DNA of 63,659 nt, counting the filler, from Trichomonas gallinae (Eukaryota), in the NCBI GenBank assembly GCA_008369845.1. It is 6 parts of 6 records of this genome, joined end to end, with 100 filler letters (N's around TTAATTAATTAA, not from the genome) between each part and the next. Parts side by side here need not be neighbours in the genome. Positions count along the whole stretch, not along the records: positions 14,863 to 36,482 come from MRSU01001412.1; positions 36,583 to 49,075 come from MRSU01001413.1; 4 more parts are not named here. One strand, given 5' to 3'. Shown piece after piece: positions 33,162 through 44,801 of the stretch. Made by a program: the position numbers and the translations under genes. The notes beneath the pieces were generated by a model. It saw only the letters and a list, made by a program, of their open reading frames with translations. It ran no database searches and had not been told where the DNA came from. The first letter of the stretch is position 1. Every line of letters begins with the position of its first letter.

Positions 33162-33262
33162 GTCAAAATGTAAAGCATAAATGTCAAATAATATACGTTT
33201 TTTTTTTTTGAACACTGTAATTTTTTTTTTTCAAGGTGAAAAAAGCCGCGTAATTTTTTGCT

Positions 33263-34891
33263 ATGATACCTGAATCGCGATATATAATTTTCAAGTCTGC
33301 TATATACGAGGATGAGCTAGACAGTCCAATACGTGTATCGCGCGCATCCAAAATGAGAGTTGGCTCGTATAACAAGCAATTAGTTCAAAGTATATGTTAT
33401 TACAATGGAATGAAGCTTACTGAGAAGGATGATTACGTATTATATTGGGGATCATCGCCAGATTCAGATAAAATAGATCCTGCTTGCTGCTTCCAAAAAA
33501 TTAATCATTTTCCCAACTCAAAAAATACGATTGGTAACAAGGCAGAATTCGCTAAAATCTTACAAACTCATCCGCTGATTACGAAATTTCCGAATTTATT
33601 CCCTAAATCTTATATTTATCCTGACGATTCAAAAGTTTTGTATCAGAGAATGAAAAATCACCCATCAATGCAATTTATTTCCAAACCACCACGCGGAAGT
33701 GGCGGAAATGGAATCAGAATCATCACTTTTAAAGATTATTATGCTATCAAACCAGGATCTGTTGTTTCTGATTATATCGCACGCCCTCTACTTATCGATG
33801 GATTCAAATTCGATTTGAGAGTTTATGTTTTAGTTACTTCTTTTTGTCCTTTGCGCGCTTTTGTTTATAAAGATGGACTCGCGCGATTTGCGACAGAAAC
33901 ATATACGAAAGGAAAAGATTGCTTGTTCGCATGTCTCACTAATGCAACTTTGAACAAAAAAGGATACAATTATTGCGATGAATTTAAATGGAAACTTTCT
34001 GAGCTAGTTGCAGAATTAGAAAAGCGCTGGGGCAGATCACCAGCTGAAACAATGAAAGATATTTACACAGTTGTTGCAAAAACATTAACTTTAATTCAAT
34101 CGACTATGACTACAACTGATTCAGATGGAATCCACGACAACTACTTTGAAATCTATGGATTTGATATTCTCATCGACAGAGAGTTCCATATGTGGCTCCT
34201 GGAAGTAAATACATTTCCATGTCTCGGAACAAGCGAAGAATCGGACTATGAAGTCAAAGGTCCGATGATTGCAAACGCATTAAGCATCGTGGGCATTCCA
34301 GACATGTGCTTATCCGAACTTAGATCAATCGAAGGAAAAATCGATATGTCACAGATCGATTTAAACCAGCTGGAAGCAGCCAAGGTCAAAGCAGAAGATG
34401 AAAGAAACAGGCAATGCTACAATGGATTCGTTAGAATTTTCCCATCTGAAATAACTTCCCCATTGGAAGAGTATCTGCTGAAACCCATAGGTTATACACT
34501 TAGCAGATTGTCCCAACAGATCATCAGCAATAATGCACAGCAGCTTGGTGAATCTTTGACAGGTTCACAAGGCATGGTTATATTAATGCACGTTTTGACG
34601 CGAATAGAGTCGATGCTCAGGAGAGTTTCCGATCCTAGACTGCTCGCCAGGATACAGTGCTTCCTTGTAGCACAAGGATACACAACGCCGAGAGGCACGT
34701 CAAACACAAGAGCTTTATTGAGACACTACATTGATAAGCTCAATCAGTGGATATCTGTTTCCACTGAAGAGTTTGTTGTTCAACCTGACACTCGCAAAAG
34801 GATTTTGGCACTCGAAGACCAGGGACTTGCTGATGTCTTAGAGTCATGTCAGATGAAACTCGTCAAAAACGTGAGACTTCTTTTCCCATGA
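33263..34891 (+). CDS. Tubulin-tyrosine ligase-like protein (TTLL, likely glutamylase)
   Basis: QKINHFP, YIARPLLIDGFKFDLRVYVLVTS, GLARFAT, LTN, FEIYGFDILID, WLLEVN. Confidence 0.95.
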   Translation: MIPESRYIIFKSAIYEDELDSPIRVSRASKMRVGSYNKQLVQSICYYNGMKLTEKDDYVLYWGSSPDSDKIDPACCFQKINHFPNSKNTIGNKAEFAKILQTHPLITKFPNLFPKSYIYPDDSKVLYQRMKNHPSMQFISKPPRGSGGNGIRIITFKDYYAIKPGSVVSDYIARPLLIDGFKFDLRVYVLVTSFCPLRAFVYKDGLARFATETYTKGKDCLFACLTNATLNKKGYNYCDEFKWKLSELVAELEKRWGRSPAETMKDIYTVVAKTLTLIQSTMTTTDSDGIHDNYFEIYGFDILIDREFHMWLLEVNTFPCLGTSEESDYEVKGPMIANALSIVGIPDMCLSELRSIEGKIDMSQIDLNQLEAAKVKAEDERNRQCYNGFVRIFPSEITSPLEEYLLKPIGYTLSRLSQQIISNNAQQLGESLTGSQGMVILMHVLTRIESMLRRVSDPRLLARIQCFLVAQGYTTPRGTSNTRALLRHYIDKLNQWISVSTEEFVVQPDTRKRILALEDQGLADVLESCQMKLVKNVRLLFP

Positions 34892-35736
34892 AAATCTTTA
34901 TTATACTATCTTTTTATACATCATATTAAATATGTTATGAATATATATTTTTGTCAACTCAAGCATATTTATACACCAAAATATATTTAGAAACAGATTT
35001 CGCTTCATATTGATTCAGTTGTAAAATATATCTTTGTTAAACAAATTAGAATCTTGAATTATAGAACATGATTCATATAATGATATTTTATGCTGAAAAA
35101 CTTATTTATTTGAAGATAATATGAGCTTTCTAGCTGCGTTGTAAATGAAAAATCCTTTACGTGCTATTGTCTTTTGTTTTTGAAATTAAAAGAAGGAGTA
35201 ATTTATATAATTAAATCGACACTTTTTGCATTTTAAAATGAACCATTTTCTTAAGAGTAACTCCGAAGTGCATCTTTGAGAAAATAAGTATTTCCAAGAG
35301 GAATTTTTGAAATATGGCAATATCCCAACGTATAGAGTCGTACTCTTCACCTAGGGATCTCGTGCCTTTTTCCCCACAAATAACTGTTTTTTTACATGTC
35401 ATTTTCCCCTCAAATTCATTCCACATGGAGAGGCTTATTATTATTACGGAGAAGATACTAATATGCATAATCTCTGAATCTGTCAAGTATGAATTGGATT
35501 ATGATACATGTATCATGACCCAACAATATTATCAGACTAGGTGACCACTTTTTGCACTCTAAATTTTTTTGATTTTAATATTAAAAGCCGACTTCTCTTT
35601 CTTGTGTGCTGCACAAAAGATTTCTTATAAATTGTATCATTGAGATGAATATTTTAATAAAAAATAATGAAAAAGATTTCAAGTTTCGAAAAATTTTCAT
35701 ATAATTTAAGGAAGAATTGATGAAAATAATATTTTT

Positions 35737-36482
35737 TCATGTCCATGCACTGATTATTGATTCAATAATAGCACGAAAATATGGAATATTTTGACTATTA
35801 ATTCGAAGACATCTGTTATTTATATTTTGATGTCCTTTTGAACAGACGCATAGACCATTTGAATCAGGGAAGAAACCTCTTTCGCAGTAGGTGCATTTGC
35901 AGTCCTGACTGTATCGCGAGCATTTCCATAGTTTGGGACACTCGGTACATATTCCTTGCGCATTCTTGTGATATCCATTTACACATCGATCACAGTTGCA
36001 TCCATCAGAATAAAATTCACAATTTGAAAAAGACATGCATTTCAAACATTTGTTATCATCTGCGACAAATCCTGGGGAACAAGTGGTGCAGATACTATTG
36101 TTAATAATGTAGTTTTGATTACAGTTGCGACATTTGCATTGTGAATCATATTCGTTGCAGTTCGAAATAGTCTGACATTGTTGACAAATGTTTCCCGAGA
36201 GTTTGAACCCTTGATTGCAGCTAGCACACATACACCCATTCGAATATTGATTGCAGTTAGGAATTTGACAGTCATAACATTCGCCATTGAATATATATTG
36301 ATTTGAGTCACAACTTTCACATTCACCGTCATGTAAAAAGAAATTATTAATGCAATTGGTGCATCGACAGAACATATCATAACTGTCGAAGCCTTCAATA
36401 AGAGGACAGATCGCGCATTCTCCATTTGAAACTCTGTATCCATCTTGACATCGACTGCAGGTGCATCCGCTTGAGTAGTCTT
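35737..36482 (-). CDS. Cysteine-rich (CXXC, furin/EGF-like repeat) protein, 5' end lost in the gap
   Basis: The frame stays open from the gap (DYSSGCTCSRCQDGY...) into the listed ORF; repeated C-x-C-xx-C-xx-G-[YF] units. Confidence 0.85.
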
Positions 36483-36582
36483 NNNNNNNNNNNNNNNNNN
36501 NNNNNNNNNNNNNNNNNNNNNNNNNNTTAATTAATTAANNNNNNNNNNNNNNNNNNNNNNNNNNNNNNNNNNNNNNNNNNNN
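36483..36582. other. Artificial contig-join spacer
   Basis: 44 N + TTAATTAATTAA + 44 N. Confidence 0.98.
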
Positions 36583-36833
36583 GCTGTCACACTTCTTATC
36601 ACGGCTCCCGGAATAGATGTCAACGCAAAAAAAAAAAAAAAAAAAACAATAACAATTGGACAGACCTGATTTGTGCTTCATACTTTGGTCATCATGAAGT
36701 TGTCAAACTCCTTCTCACAGTTCCCGGAATTGATGTCAACGCAATAGACAATGTCAATTGTACGGCTTTTTGGGATTCATCGAAAGATCATCAGGAAGTC
36801 GTAAACATAATGAAAGATCATGTTGCGGTTTAA
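36583..36833 (+). pseudogene. Ankyrin-repeat gene 3' fragment or relic
   Basis: AVTLLITAPGIDVNAK, an A20 run that shifts frame, then NNWTDLICASYFGHHEVVKLLLTVPGIDVNAIDNVNCTAF...HVAV*. Confidence 0.8.
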
Positions 36834-38371
36834 TTAATTCATGGATTTTGAAGAAATTCCCGACTAATTACCTATTGGATAAATCATTCAATAACATCCA
36901 ATAGGTTAAAATAGCAATCAGAAAAAATAAACATATAACAATTTCACATTTTTCCGATAACACATTATGTCTAACTCAACGGTTTTAGGAGAAAAATTAA
37001 AAAGATGGAATTTATAATTTTGTCCACTAAACAATAAGATATTTGCTTGAGGAGTTATTTGATATATTTTATATATACATATATTAAATTCATGCGTTTA
37101 GATTATGGTTTTGCCGTTAAAATTAAGTATTATTTTAATAATTAATGAAATTCATTTGAAACTACCCATGCGTTTACAACATACATTACTCTTTTTATTG
37201 CATTTTAATTTTTAGTCCATGCATTATTCATACCTTAATCAAAAAAGAATTTATATTTGTATGTTAATATAAACCAGTTACACTCATCACATAATCCTAA
37301 CATAGACCATCTATTTCATTATAGATATAGTCACAGTTAAATTAAAAAACAAGGAAAAATGGGAAAAATTTCAAAAATTGTTACTTATTTGGCAAAAGTT
37401 TAGTTCGCCCAAATATATAAGAATTTTTAAATATTTTTCGATTTTAAAATTTGATGAACGTTAAAAGTTCACAAAATTTGAATGAAGAAAAAGTTTTAAA
37501 ATTTCACACATTTATTTTTCAATAGCCTATGAAAGCACAAAAAATAAGATAAAAAAAACCTCAGAACTTTGTACGTTATCTAAAAGAAAACCCGCATTTT
37601 ATAATTATTTGCCTAAAGATGATATTAAAAATATTCGGGAAAAATATTTTGCCATTTTTTTCCCCTAAAATTGTCTTCTAATCGTAATTTAGATAATTTT
37701 CATTCATCCTAAAGATTTTGATATAAATTCAAAAATCACATTGAAAAATAACGATTATTTTACAGTCAAATCAAATGACGGGTAATAACTCATTATATAG
37801 ATCATTATTGACATTTTTTTCTATTTTTTGCGCCCGTAAATAATTTGATATTATTCACAGCATATTTAAAATACTTAATACTATCATTTTATGCAAAGAT
37901 TTTCGATTAATTTGATTTAATGCGAGTTAGATTTTTTTATTTGATATTTTTATTGATGATATTGTATTATGCTTAAATTCCGATTTTAAATTTGATTATA
38001 TCGGTATAGATTTTTGATAGGCTCACAACACTCAATTGTATTTCAGAAGATTTTAAAGAATATTCATTATATCATAAGGAATAATATCCCCGATATCGAT
38101 AAAAATTTTAATTTGATTTTTTAATGAATAAATAAAATAGAGAAGATATATTATTGAAAATCTGATATTTTCGAAAAACTTTTTATTATCGGAAAACCGC
38201 TTTTTCCTTTCAATAAAAATTTTATAATAATCAGATATTTGTATCTACTTATGATGATAAATATAAAATCATTATAACAATTTTTTCAAATAAACTTTTC
38301 TGAGAATGACGATTAAATCAATCTCAAAAAATCCAGATTTTTTGATAAGAATTAAAAATCAAAAAATTATA

Positions 38372-40909
38372 ATGATTTACACTTATTTCTTAATCTTATT
38401 AGTCGCAAGTGAGACAAAGATAATTAACCCTGCTAATATACCAAAGCATCAGTTCTTTCTAAAGAATATTGGAATAAATTATGGTGTTGCTGATGAAGAC
38501 ATCAATTTTTCGCGTGCATTGGAAAGTGGACTTCACGGGGAAGATATTTCGATTGCTATTTTCGGCACAGAATGCTCAAATAAGCTAAAATTAACAGAAT
38601 ACGATTCGAAAAATCCAATTATTGATTCCAAGCCAACATTAGGGGATTACATAAAGGATTTAATCACTGGATCTCCAGAATCTTTCTGTACTCCAGGAAT
38701 CGCATATCGCTCTACATTGAAATGTCTTCCATTTCTCGAAAATGTGACCAATGACATGGAGTTAACGGACCCTTTTATGCAAAATAATAGGAATACTCTA
38801 ATGAAAATCAATTCATTCCCTTTTACACCGCCCTGTAAAAATAAGGAAATTGAGGTTGATCAATATGATGATAATGTAGAAAATTCCTGGTCGTCTAAGC
38901 TTGTGAGAGGTAGGAATGGTTTAGGATGGGTTGCTCTTTTCTCTCCAGCTGAATGCGGCGGTTTATCTACAGATCCAAACTACAGAATCTTGACGCAGTC
39001 AAGATTTGCCATAAATATTGCAGCTACAACAAATAGGGGTGACAGGGCCTTTTATTCGCCTAAATCTGCGAATTTATTATTTAATGTTCCATCAACCGAT
39101 TCATCAATAGACTACAACAACAATATAACCATCAACCCAATGTATTCCAATATCGAAAACAATGAATGCAAGCCTTCACCGATAAACAAAATGGTTGCCG
39201 CAAATGCAATTGCAACAGGAGCTCTTGCAGTCATCCTGCAAGCTAACAAATTCCTATCATGGAGGTCTTTGCAACTAATTCTGGCACTTTCTTCCACTGT
39301 TAATGATGCAAATCACACATCATGGGTTAAAAACGCTGCAAATGTAATGTATTCCAATATATATGGATTTGGAAGACTGAATGTCGGCAAGGCTCTTGAA
39401 ATTGCTCCTAAAATTGGAAATCTTCCTCCAGAACTTCAAATAGGCACAACAAACACATATAATGACCTTTTAATTCCATCGTGCAGATGTGCTCCACTTA
39501 AATTAGTCCATAAATTCAACAACGCCAAAAAGGTTAATTTCATTGAATCAGTACAGTTCATTATTTCGACATCTCATGACAGCATTGGCGACTTATCCAT
39601 CGAAATAATATCTCCATCAGGAACAAAAGCTGTCATCAACGATGTATCAATGACAGAAAAAATCGGCGGTGGACCCAAAAAATTTGCATTCACAGCCAGA
39701 CAGTTCCTTGGTGAATCATCATCTGGTGAGTGGAGTGTTATAGTATCAGCTGCGGGCTGTATTCCAACAGGTAGAATAAGGACAACAACCCTCAAGATAT
39801 TTGGTGTTGATCGTTTTTCTTTCTCGGAAAAGAAAACATTGACTGCTTTTTCATCAACATCAGAAGAACTCATAGGAAACATTTTTCCCCAGCCTATTTC
39901 CTATACGAAGTATACACAGCTCCCACCCAGCAAATCGGTCATATTGGCACTCGAAAATTATCATGAACAAGAAACATTAATTGCTGGTAACAATGTCACA
40001 TTTCATATCAAAAACTTAGGCCAACTTTATGACAAGTCAGCAATCTTGTTCTACACATCAGGCGACCCAGACAGAGCTGGGGCGCCGTCATGTGGCGTGA
40101 CTAAGTTTGAGCACGCATCAGAGATTGATGGATTCAAACTTTTGCCTCCACATAATTTGGCTGGAAAAGAAAATGTAACATTTATTGTTAACATCATCGA
40201 GTCAACTGACAACATAATAAGCGCAAGATGTGGCCCATTTTCGCTATCAAAGATGACAAATGATACCCAGCAGTACGAGATAATTCAAAAAGGCAGGATA
40301 ATACAGAGAATTTACTCTGTAGATTCAGTCGTCGATGATGTTCTAACGACTATTATTGATTACGACAACAAAACCGTTGTTCACCAGTCAATAGAAAAGA
40401 ATACAGGATACGTGTCATTCTCAATACCAGAAGAAATGAAGATCTATAGAGGAATTCTGACTGTTCAACCTCTGACTATGAATCCTGACCCTTGCTCAAC
40501 CTATGTGCACGCTTTTTATGTTGATGACGGATCGAATAATATAATAAGAGATTCAAGCTTCAAATTCAACGAATCTTCCGCGTGCACAAAGATAAATGGC
40601 CTCGATTATCAGGTAGCTAACGATCCAGTTGCCATACCAATTGATAGGACAGTCTCTGCGACTCCATTTATTCCAACTCAAACTCCACAAGTCAATGCAG
40701 CAGAGCCAACAGATCCCGGGGCTGATTCAAAAGAAAAGACAGTGATAACAAAAACAGCGATTATAACAATCGCATCTATCTTCTCGGTTTGCGTTGTTTT
40801 GATTATTGTTGGAGTCATTGTTCTTATTACAAGAGTGAAATATGCATCAAAAACCACACCTAACGATTATGCATCAGAAAATGAAATTGCTCCTGTTGCA
40901 ACATTGTAA
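38372..40909 (+). CDS. Kexin/furin-like (S8B) protein with P-domain and TM anchor, catalytic motifs degenerate
   Basis: GRNGLG, LSWRSLQ, W..NAA..YSNIYGFGRL and P-domain GDL.I.IISPSGT..FLGESSSGEW; signal-like start at 38372; C-terminal TM helix. Confidence 0.88.
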   Translation: MIYTYFLILLVASETKIINPANIPKHQFFLKNIGINYGVADEDINFSRALESGLHGEDISIAIFGTECSNKLKLTEYDSKNPIIDSKPTLGDYIKDLITGSPESFCTPGIAYRSTLKCLPFLENVTNDMELTDPFMQNNRNTLMKINSFPFTPPCKNKEIEVDQYDDNVENSWSSKLVRGRNGLGWVALFSPAECGGLSTDPNYRILTQSRFAINIAATTNRGDRAFYSPKSANLLFNVPSTDSSIDYNNNITINPMYSNIENNECKPSPINKMVAANAIATGALAVILQANKFLSWRSLQLILALSSTVNDANHTSWVKNAANVMYSNIYGFGRLNVGKALEIAPKIGNLPPELQIGTTNTYNDLLIPSCRCAPLKLVHKFNNAKKVNFIESVQFIISTSHDSIGDLSIEIISPSGTKAVINDVSMTEKIGGGPKKFAFTARQFLGESSSGEWSVIVSAAGCIPTGRIRTTTLKIFGVDRFSFSEKKTLTAFSSTSEELIGNIFPQPISYTKYTQLPPSKSVILALENYHEQETLIAGNNVTFHIKNLGQLYDKSAILFYTSGDPDRAGAPSCGVTKFEHASEIDGFKLLPPHNLAGKENVTFIVNIIESTDNIISARCGPFSLSKMTNDTQQYEIIQKGRIIQRIYSVDSVVDDVLTTIIDYDNKTVVHQSIEKNTGYVSFSIPEEMKIYRGILTVQPLTMNPDPCSTYVHAFYVDDGSNNIIRDSSFKFNESSACTKINGLDYQVANDPVAIPIDRTVSATPFIPTQTPQVNAAEPTDPGADSKEKTVITKTAIITIASIFSVCVVLIIVGVIVLITRVKYASKTTPNDYASENEIAPVATL

Positions 40910-41183
40910 AAATTGTTTGTATTCATGCATTTTAGTTAATCATCTCTCTTTTTTTATAATGTTTGCTAACATTGATTTTACTAATACTATTACATAACAG
41001 TATTATCTTTCTGTCATATGAGTAAGAGATATGATATTATTTCAAATAGCCGAGATATATGCTAAGCTTTCAACTCCTGTTTGATCTTGGATTTTAACAA
41101 AATTATCTGAAAAAATAAAATTAGAAAGAAAATAAATGTGTTTTAAAAATAATCAAGTGTAGCAAAATAATCTCAATCTCCTG

Positions 41184-43601
41184 TTAACATTTTTTATATA
41201 AGTGAATACCAGCCGAAATGCCATAGAAAAACAATGCAATTAAAGCTAGAATTCCTGCAGTTACAGTGTAAAACCTGTATATTGGAATAAACATAGATAA
41301 TGGGTAGAATGCTAACTGAGCAAATACAAATGATAAAACGAACATAATTAATAAAGTACGTGGCGTGAGTTTCTGCTCGTTATCACGGAATCCATTTAAA
41401 GCAAAATACCACGGATCCTGGAAAAAGCCTAAACCAAATCCAATTCCAAAGAGAATTCCTGCAGCAGTACCATGTGTAGCATCATTGAGAAATGATAAAT
41501 TAATTAAGATATAACCAATTACTACAAATAATAATGCGATTGCATATTGTAACTCGAAATTCATAAACCGAATTGTTTGGGTATGCAATAGAGTAGAAAT
41601 AACAAAGCTGCAACAATATGGCAATGCTTGATCATAAAAATATACATAATATTTGCAAAGAAGAGGAAAGGCACTGACGAATGCAAGTGGTCCTGAAAAA
41701 CTTGAAACTAATATCGCAAAATATAGTTTGAACCTAGATTTAATATTTTGACAACAATTATTGCATTGAAACAATTTTCTTGTGTCAAAATATCGAAGAT
41801 CTTTGTTTCTTACGAACCAAATACAAATTGTATGAACAAGAGGGCAGATGACCAAGTAAATTAATTTAGGCATGAAAGATCCAGCAAATATACCTAAAGC
41901 GAAGAGAATGAAGTAATTTTCGATAATCGCTGCTTCATGATTCTTCTCTGAAACTTCCAGTAGCATTTTGACAGTAATAAGTGTTATTCCTCCTAGCAAT
42001 AATCCAACAGCGATGCGGGAAAACAAGTAGCCAAATCCAGATTCTGTAGAAATGAAGTTTTCGAGGGCGAAAAAGACGCATAAAATGATGTTGAAAATGG
42101 TGAGAAGGATTTTTTCATGCATATTCTTTAATATGATGGCTGTAGCAATGAATCCAAATGCTGCTGCGAACAGTGTATATCCATAAAAATTGATAACCAT
42201 GTTAGTAATATATGACCTTTGCGCTTCTATGAGGTATATATTAGCTTCATAATATTTATTTTGCAATGGATATTCACAATCTCGACATTCTCGGCCATAT
42301 ATATGACGCCATCCTGATGTCGCAAGGAGTTGTGAATTTTCGTTGTAGAAAGCATTCAGTTCAGGAAGCATAATTGTCAAAGCGCTCGCAAGAGTAAAGC
42401 CGCCAAGTGCAATCATGATGGCATAAATGTTTGCCATTGAAAAATGAAATTCACATTTATTAACGGTCAGTTGTAAATCGTCCAGTTCAATCTCTCTTCT
42501 TTCATACCAGCTTTTATCATCTTCGAATGTTTTGCTTGTATTCGCAGAAGTCACCTTGCTGTCTTCCTCCAATGATTCACTGTCCGAGTAAATGTCCCGT
42601 CTTCGCTCAATAGATATGTATGGGGCGCTTGATCCATTGGCAGCATTGAATGAGCTGGGCAAATCGGATGCAATTGGATGCCTTTGACGATGATGGTTTT
42701 CGATTTGTTCTTTCTGAAGTTTGATTTTCTGAGTGTAGAGGTTTATATATGATTGCTTATTTTTGATCTCATTGTTTATGTTGTTGGTATCTCTGGTACA
42801 CGAAGCAATGGCATTTTCGAGATTCTTTTCACTCTGCGTGAGCAGCTTGTTATTACTATTATGTTTGTTCAACTTATCGTTGTATTTCTTCTGAGCATCT
42901 TCATACTTTTTCAGTTTTGCTTTCTCTGATTTCTCAAGATTTATGTTGGCTTCGAGCTTGCTTTGAGCTTGTTGGAGTTCATCGTTTTTGAGCTTAATTT
43001 CATTTTGAAGATTCGTTGTATTATTATTTGTTTGCGCTTTGAGCCTTCTGTTCTCATTTTCGACTCCTTTCTTTTTTCTTTGGAGTGCAGTATTCTCATC
43101 TTGAGTTTTTTTAATGGAATCGTTGAGATTAACAATTTCCATTTTTAATCTGTTTATTTCATTGTCATTAGCCTGCTCTTGAGCATTAAGATCATCCAGT
43201 TCGTTGCTATCAGACAATTTCTGGGCGTTATCTTCGAGCTTGCTATTATCTCCAAATACTGCAAAAATAGCCGTAGATAATTTCATTAATGGTATTGATC
43301 CCAGATTTCTGCCTGCCTGGAAAATGAATTCTTTGTTTTTTTCTGTATCTTGACTATAATCAACATTTATCTTCGTAAAGATTTCCTGGCGACACTTATT
43401 GTTGTACCCTCTTGGACATTTTTTAACAATATATGTAGCTTCTTCAACAGATACTTTTTTATCATTAAGAGCATTTGTAACCTGCTTAAGATCATCACAT
43501 TTCGAATAAAATGTGCCGTTCTCGATCATTCTGTGTATATTATCTGAGCTGGAAGATGTTTCATCTGAGCTGGAAGAAATCTCTCGCCATCTTCTGCTCA
43601 T
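41184..43601 (-). CDS. Coiled-coil protein fused in frame to an MFS/sugar-porter-like transporter (transporter part 41184-42437)
   Basis: 388-aa hydrophilic N-terminal part, then multiple TM helices from MANIYAIMIALGG including SRIAVGLLLG..LLEVS. Confidence 0.75.
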   Translation of the reverse strand: MSRRWREISSSSDETSSSSDNIHRMIENGTFYSKCDDLKQVTNALNDKKVSVEEATYIVKKCPRGYNNKCRQEIFTKINVDYSQDTEKNKEFIFQAGRNLGSIPLMKLSTAIFAVFGDNSKLEDNAQKLSDSNELDDLNAQEQANDNEINRLKMEIVNLNDSIKKTQDENTALQRKKKGVENENRRLKAQTNNNTTNLQNEIKLKNDELQQAQSKLEANINLEKSEKAKLKKYEDAQKKYNDKLNKHNSNNKLLTQSEKNLENAIASCTRDTNNINNEIKNKQSYINLYTQKIKLQKEQIENHHRQRHPIASDLPSSFNAANGSSAPYISIERRRDIYSDSESLEEDSKVTSANTSKTFEDDKSWYERREIELDDLQLTVNKCEFHFSMANIYAIMIALGGFTLASALTIMLPELNAFYNENSQLLATSGWRHIYGRECRDCEYPLQNKYYEANIYLIEAQRSYITNMVINFYGYTLFAAAFGFIATAIILKNMHEKILLTIFNIILCVFFALENFISTESGFGYLFSRIAVGLLLGGITLITVKMLLEVSEKNHEAAIIENYFILFALGIFAGSFMPKLIYLVICPLVHTICIWFVRNKDLRYFDTRKLFQCNNCCQNIKSRFKLYFAILVSSFSGPLAFVSAFPLLCKYYVYFYDQALPYCCSFVISTLLHTQTIRFMNFELQYAIALLFVVIGYILINLSFLNDATHGTAAGILFGIGFGLGFFQDPWYFALNGFRDNEQKLTPRTLLIMFVLSFVFAQLAFYPLSMFIPIYRFYTVTAGILALIALFFYGISAGIHLYKKC
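42438..42468 (-). promoter_or_regulatory. Candidate internal core promoter (M3-like GACCGTTA plus Inr TCATTTTT) before the internal ATG at 42437
   Basis: Minus strand GACCGTTAATAAATGTGAATTTCATTTTTCA-ATG. Confidence 0.5.
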
Positions 43602-44447
43602 TTTTTTTTATACTTACGACTTTTTTCAGTTGGCAAAAATCGACGGAATTTTAGCCTCTGTGAAATAACGCTATTAACAGCATATTTATCACAAAGACTG
43701 CAAAAAAACCAAAAAATTCTATTTTTTTTATATTTTTTTATTTTCTTCAATTTTAAACAAATATCATATGAATTAGTCACCTAAAGGGGTTGCTTTGCTA
43801 TAAAATTTCATCATAACAGAATAATACCTTTTTGTTATTAATCTCGTAAAATAATAAGCTTGCAAATCTTATCAGCGATATATTTTATAATATAGTGGCC
43901 TAATTACTATATGATTATCAGAATCCTAGATCAAATGACCATTCACGTAAATTTGGTGAATATTAATTTATGGTTTTGACATCCAGGGCAATGCAAATAG
44001 ATATCATTAATGAAAAAATATTATGTGACCTATAGTCATACAATGAACTCGCAAAAAATAAAATAAGAAATTTTGATGAATTCGAATTCACTCACCCAAA
44101 CAGTTTCATTCAACTCAAATACACCAGTAATGGAGATTTAAGCTATGTTGATAAAATATATTTTTAATTTCGAATCTTGATTATATCAAAAGAATAATGC
44201 AAGAACTCTGACCTATAATAAATACTAAAATAAATCCCTATTCTATCTGGTCATAGCTATCAATAACAAACGACAACGATCAAAGAATCCCCTGAAATAG
44301 TTTTACACACCCTTAAATAATTGAATGCAGGTGGTCGAAGATATGATAATCACAATAAAAACAATCAAACACGAACATTTGTAAAGAGGCCCGAAACACT
44401 CACAAATTTTTCAATTTTGATCGCTCTATCTATAAAAATATAAAAAA

Positions 44448-44801
44448 ATGCACCCTCTATTATGTTTCTTCGGCGCCAACCAATTCAGATTTGCTTTGGG
44501 ATCAGACGGAGAAAGTAGTCTTTCAACAGGCACAATTGCTGGTATCACTGCCGGCGTTGTTCTTGGTTTCTTCCTTATTTTAATTATTATTTATTGCATT
44601 TGCTGCAGACGTAAGAAGAATAACACTCAAATCGCATCTCATCAGGATACGAAAGTAGAAAAGCCATTAATAGAAGAAAAACCAGTCTATCATGTTAGTC
44701 AGCAAAGCTTAACGAAAGAAGAGTCGAGCGACGAAACAACAACAAAAGAAGATGAACGCGATGAATCACCAAGTGACAGTGGTAGTGGCGTTACTGTTTA
44801 A
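44448..44801 (+). CDS. Small single-pass membrane protein
   Basis: LSTGTIAGITAGVVLGFFLILIIIY TM helix, CICCRRKK juxtamembrane cluster, acidic tail. Confidence 0.8.
   Translation: MHPLLCFFGANQFRFALGSDGESSLSTGTIAGITAGVVLGFFLILIIIYCICCRRKKNNTQIASHQDTKVEKPLIEEKPVYHVSQQSLTKEESSDETTTKEDERDESPSDSGSGVTV

Noticed and set aside
35211..35560. Overlapping short ORFs and a TIR-like TAGGTGACCAC
   Set aside because: No recognisable protein and no matching partner end found nearby
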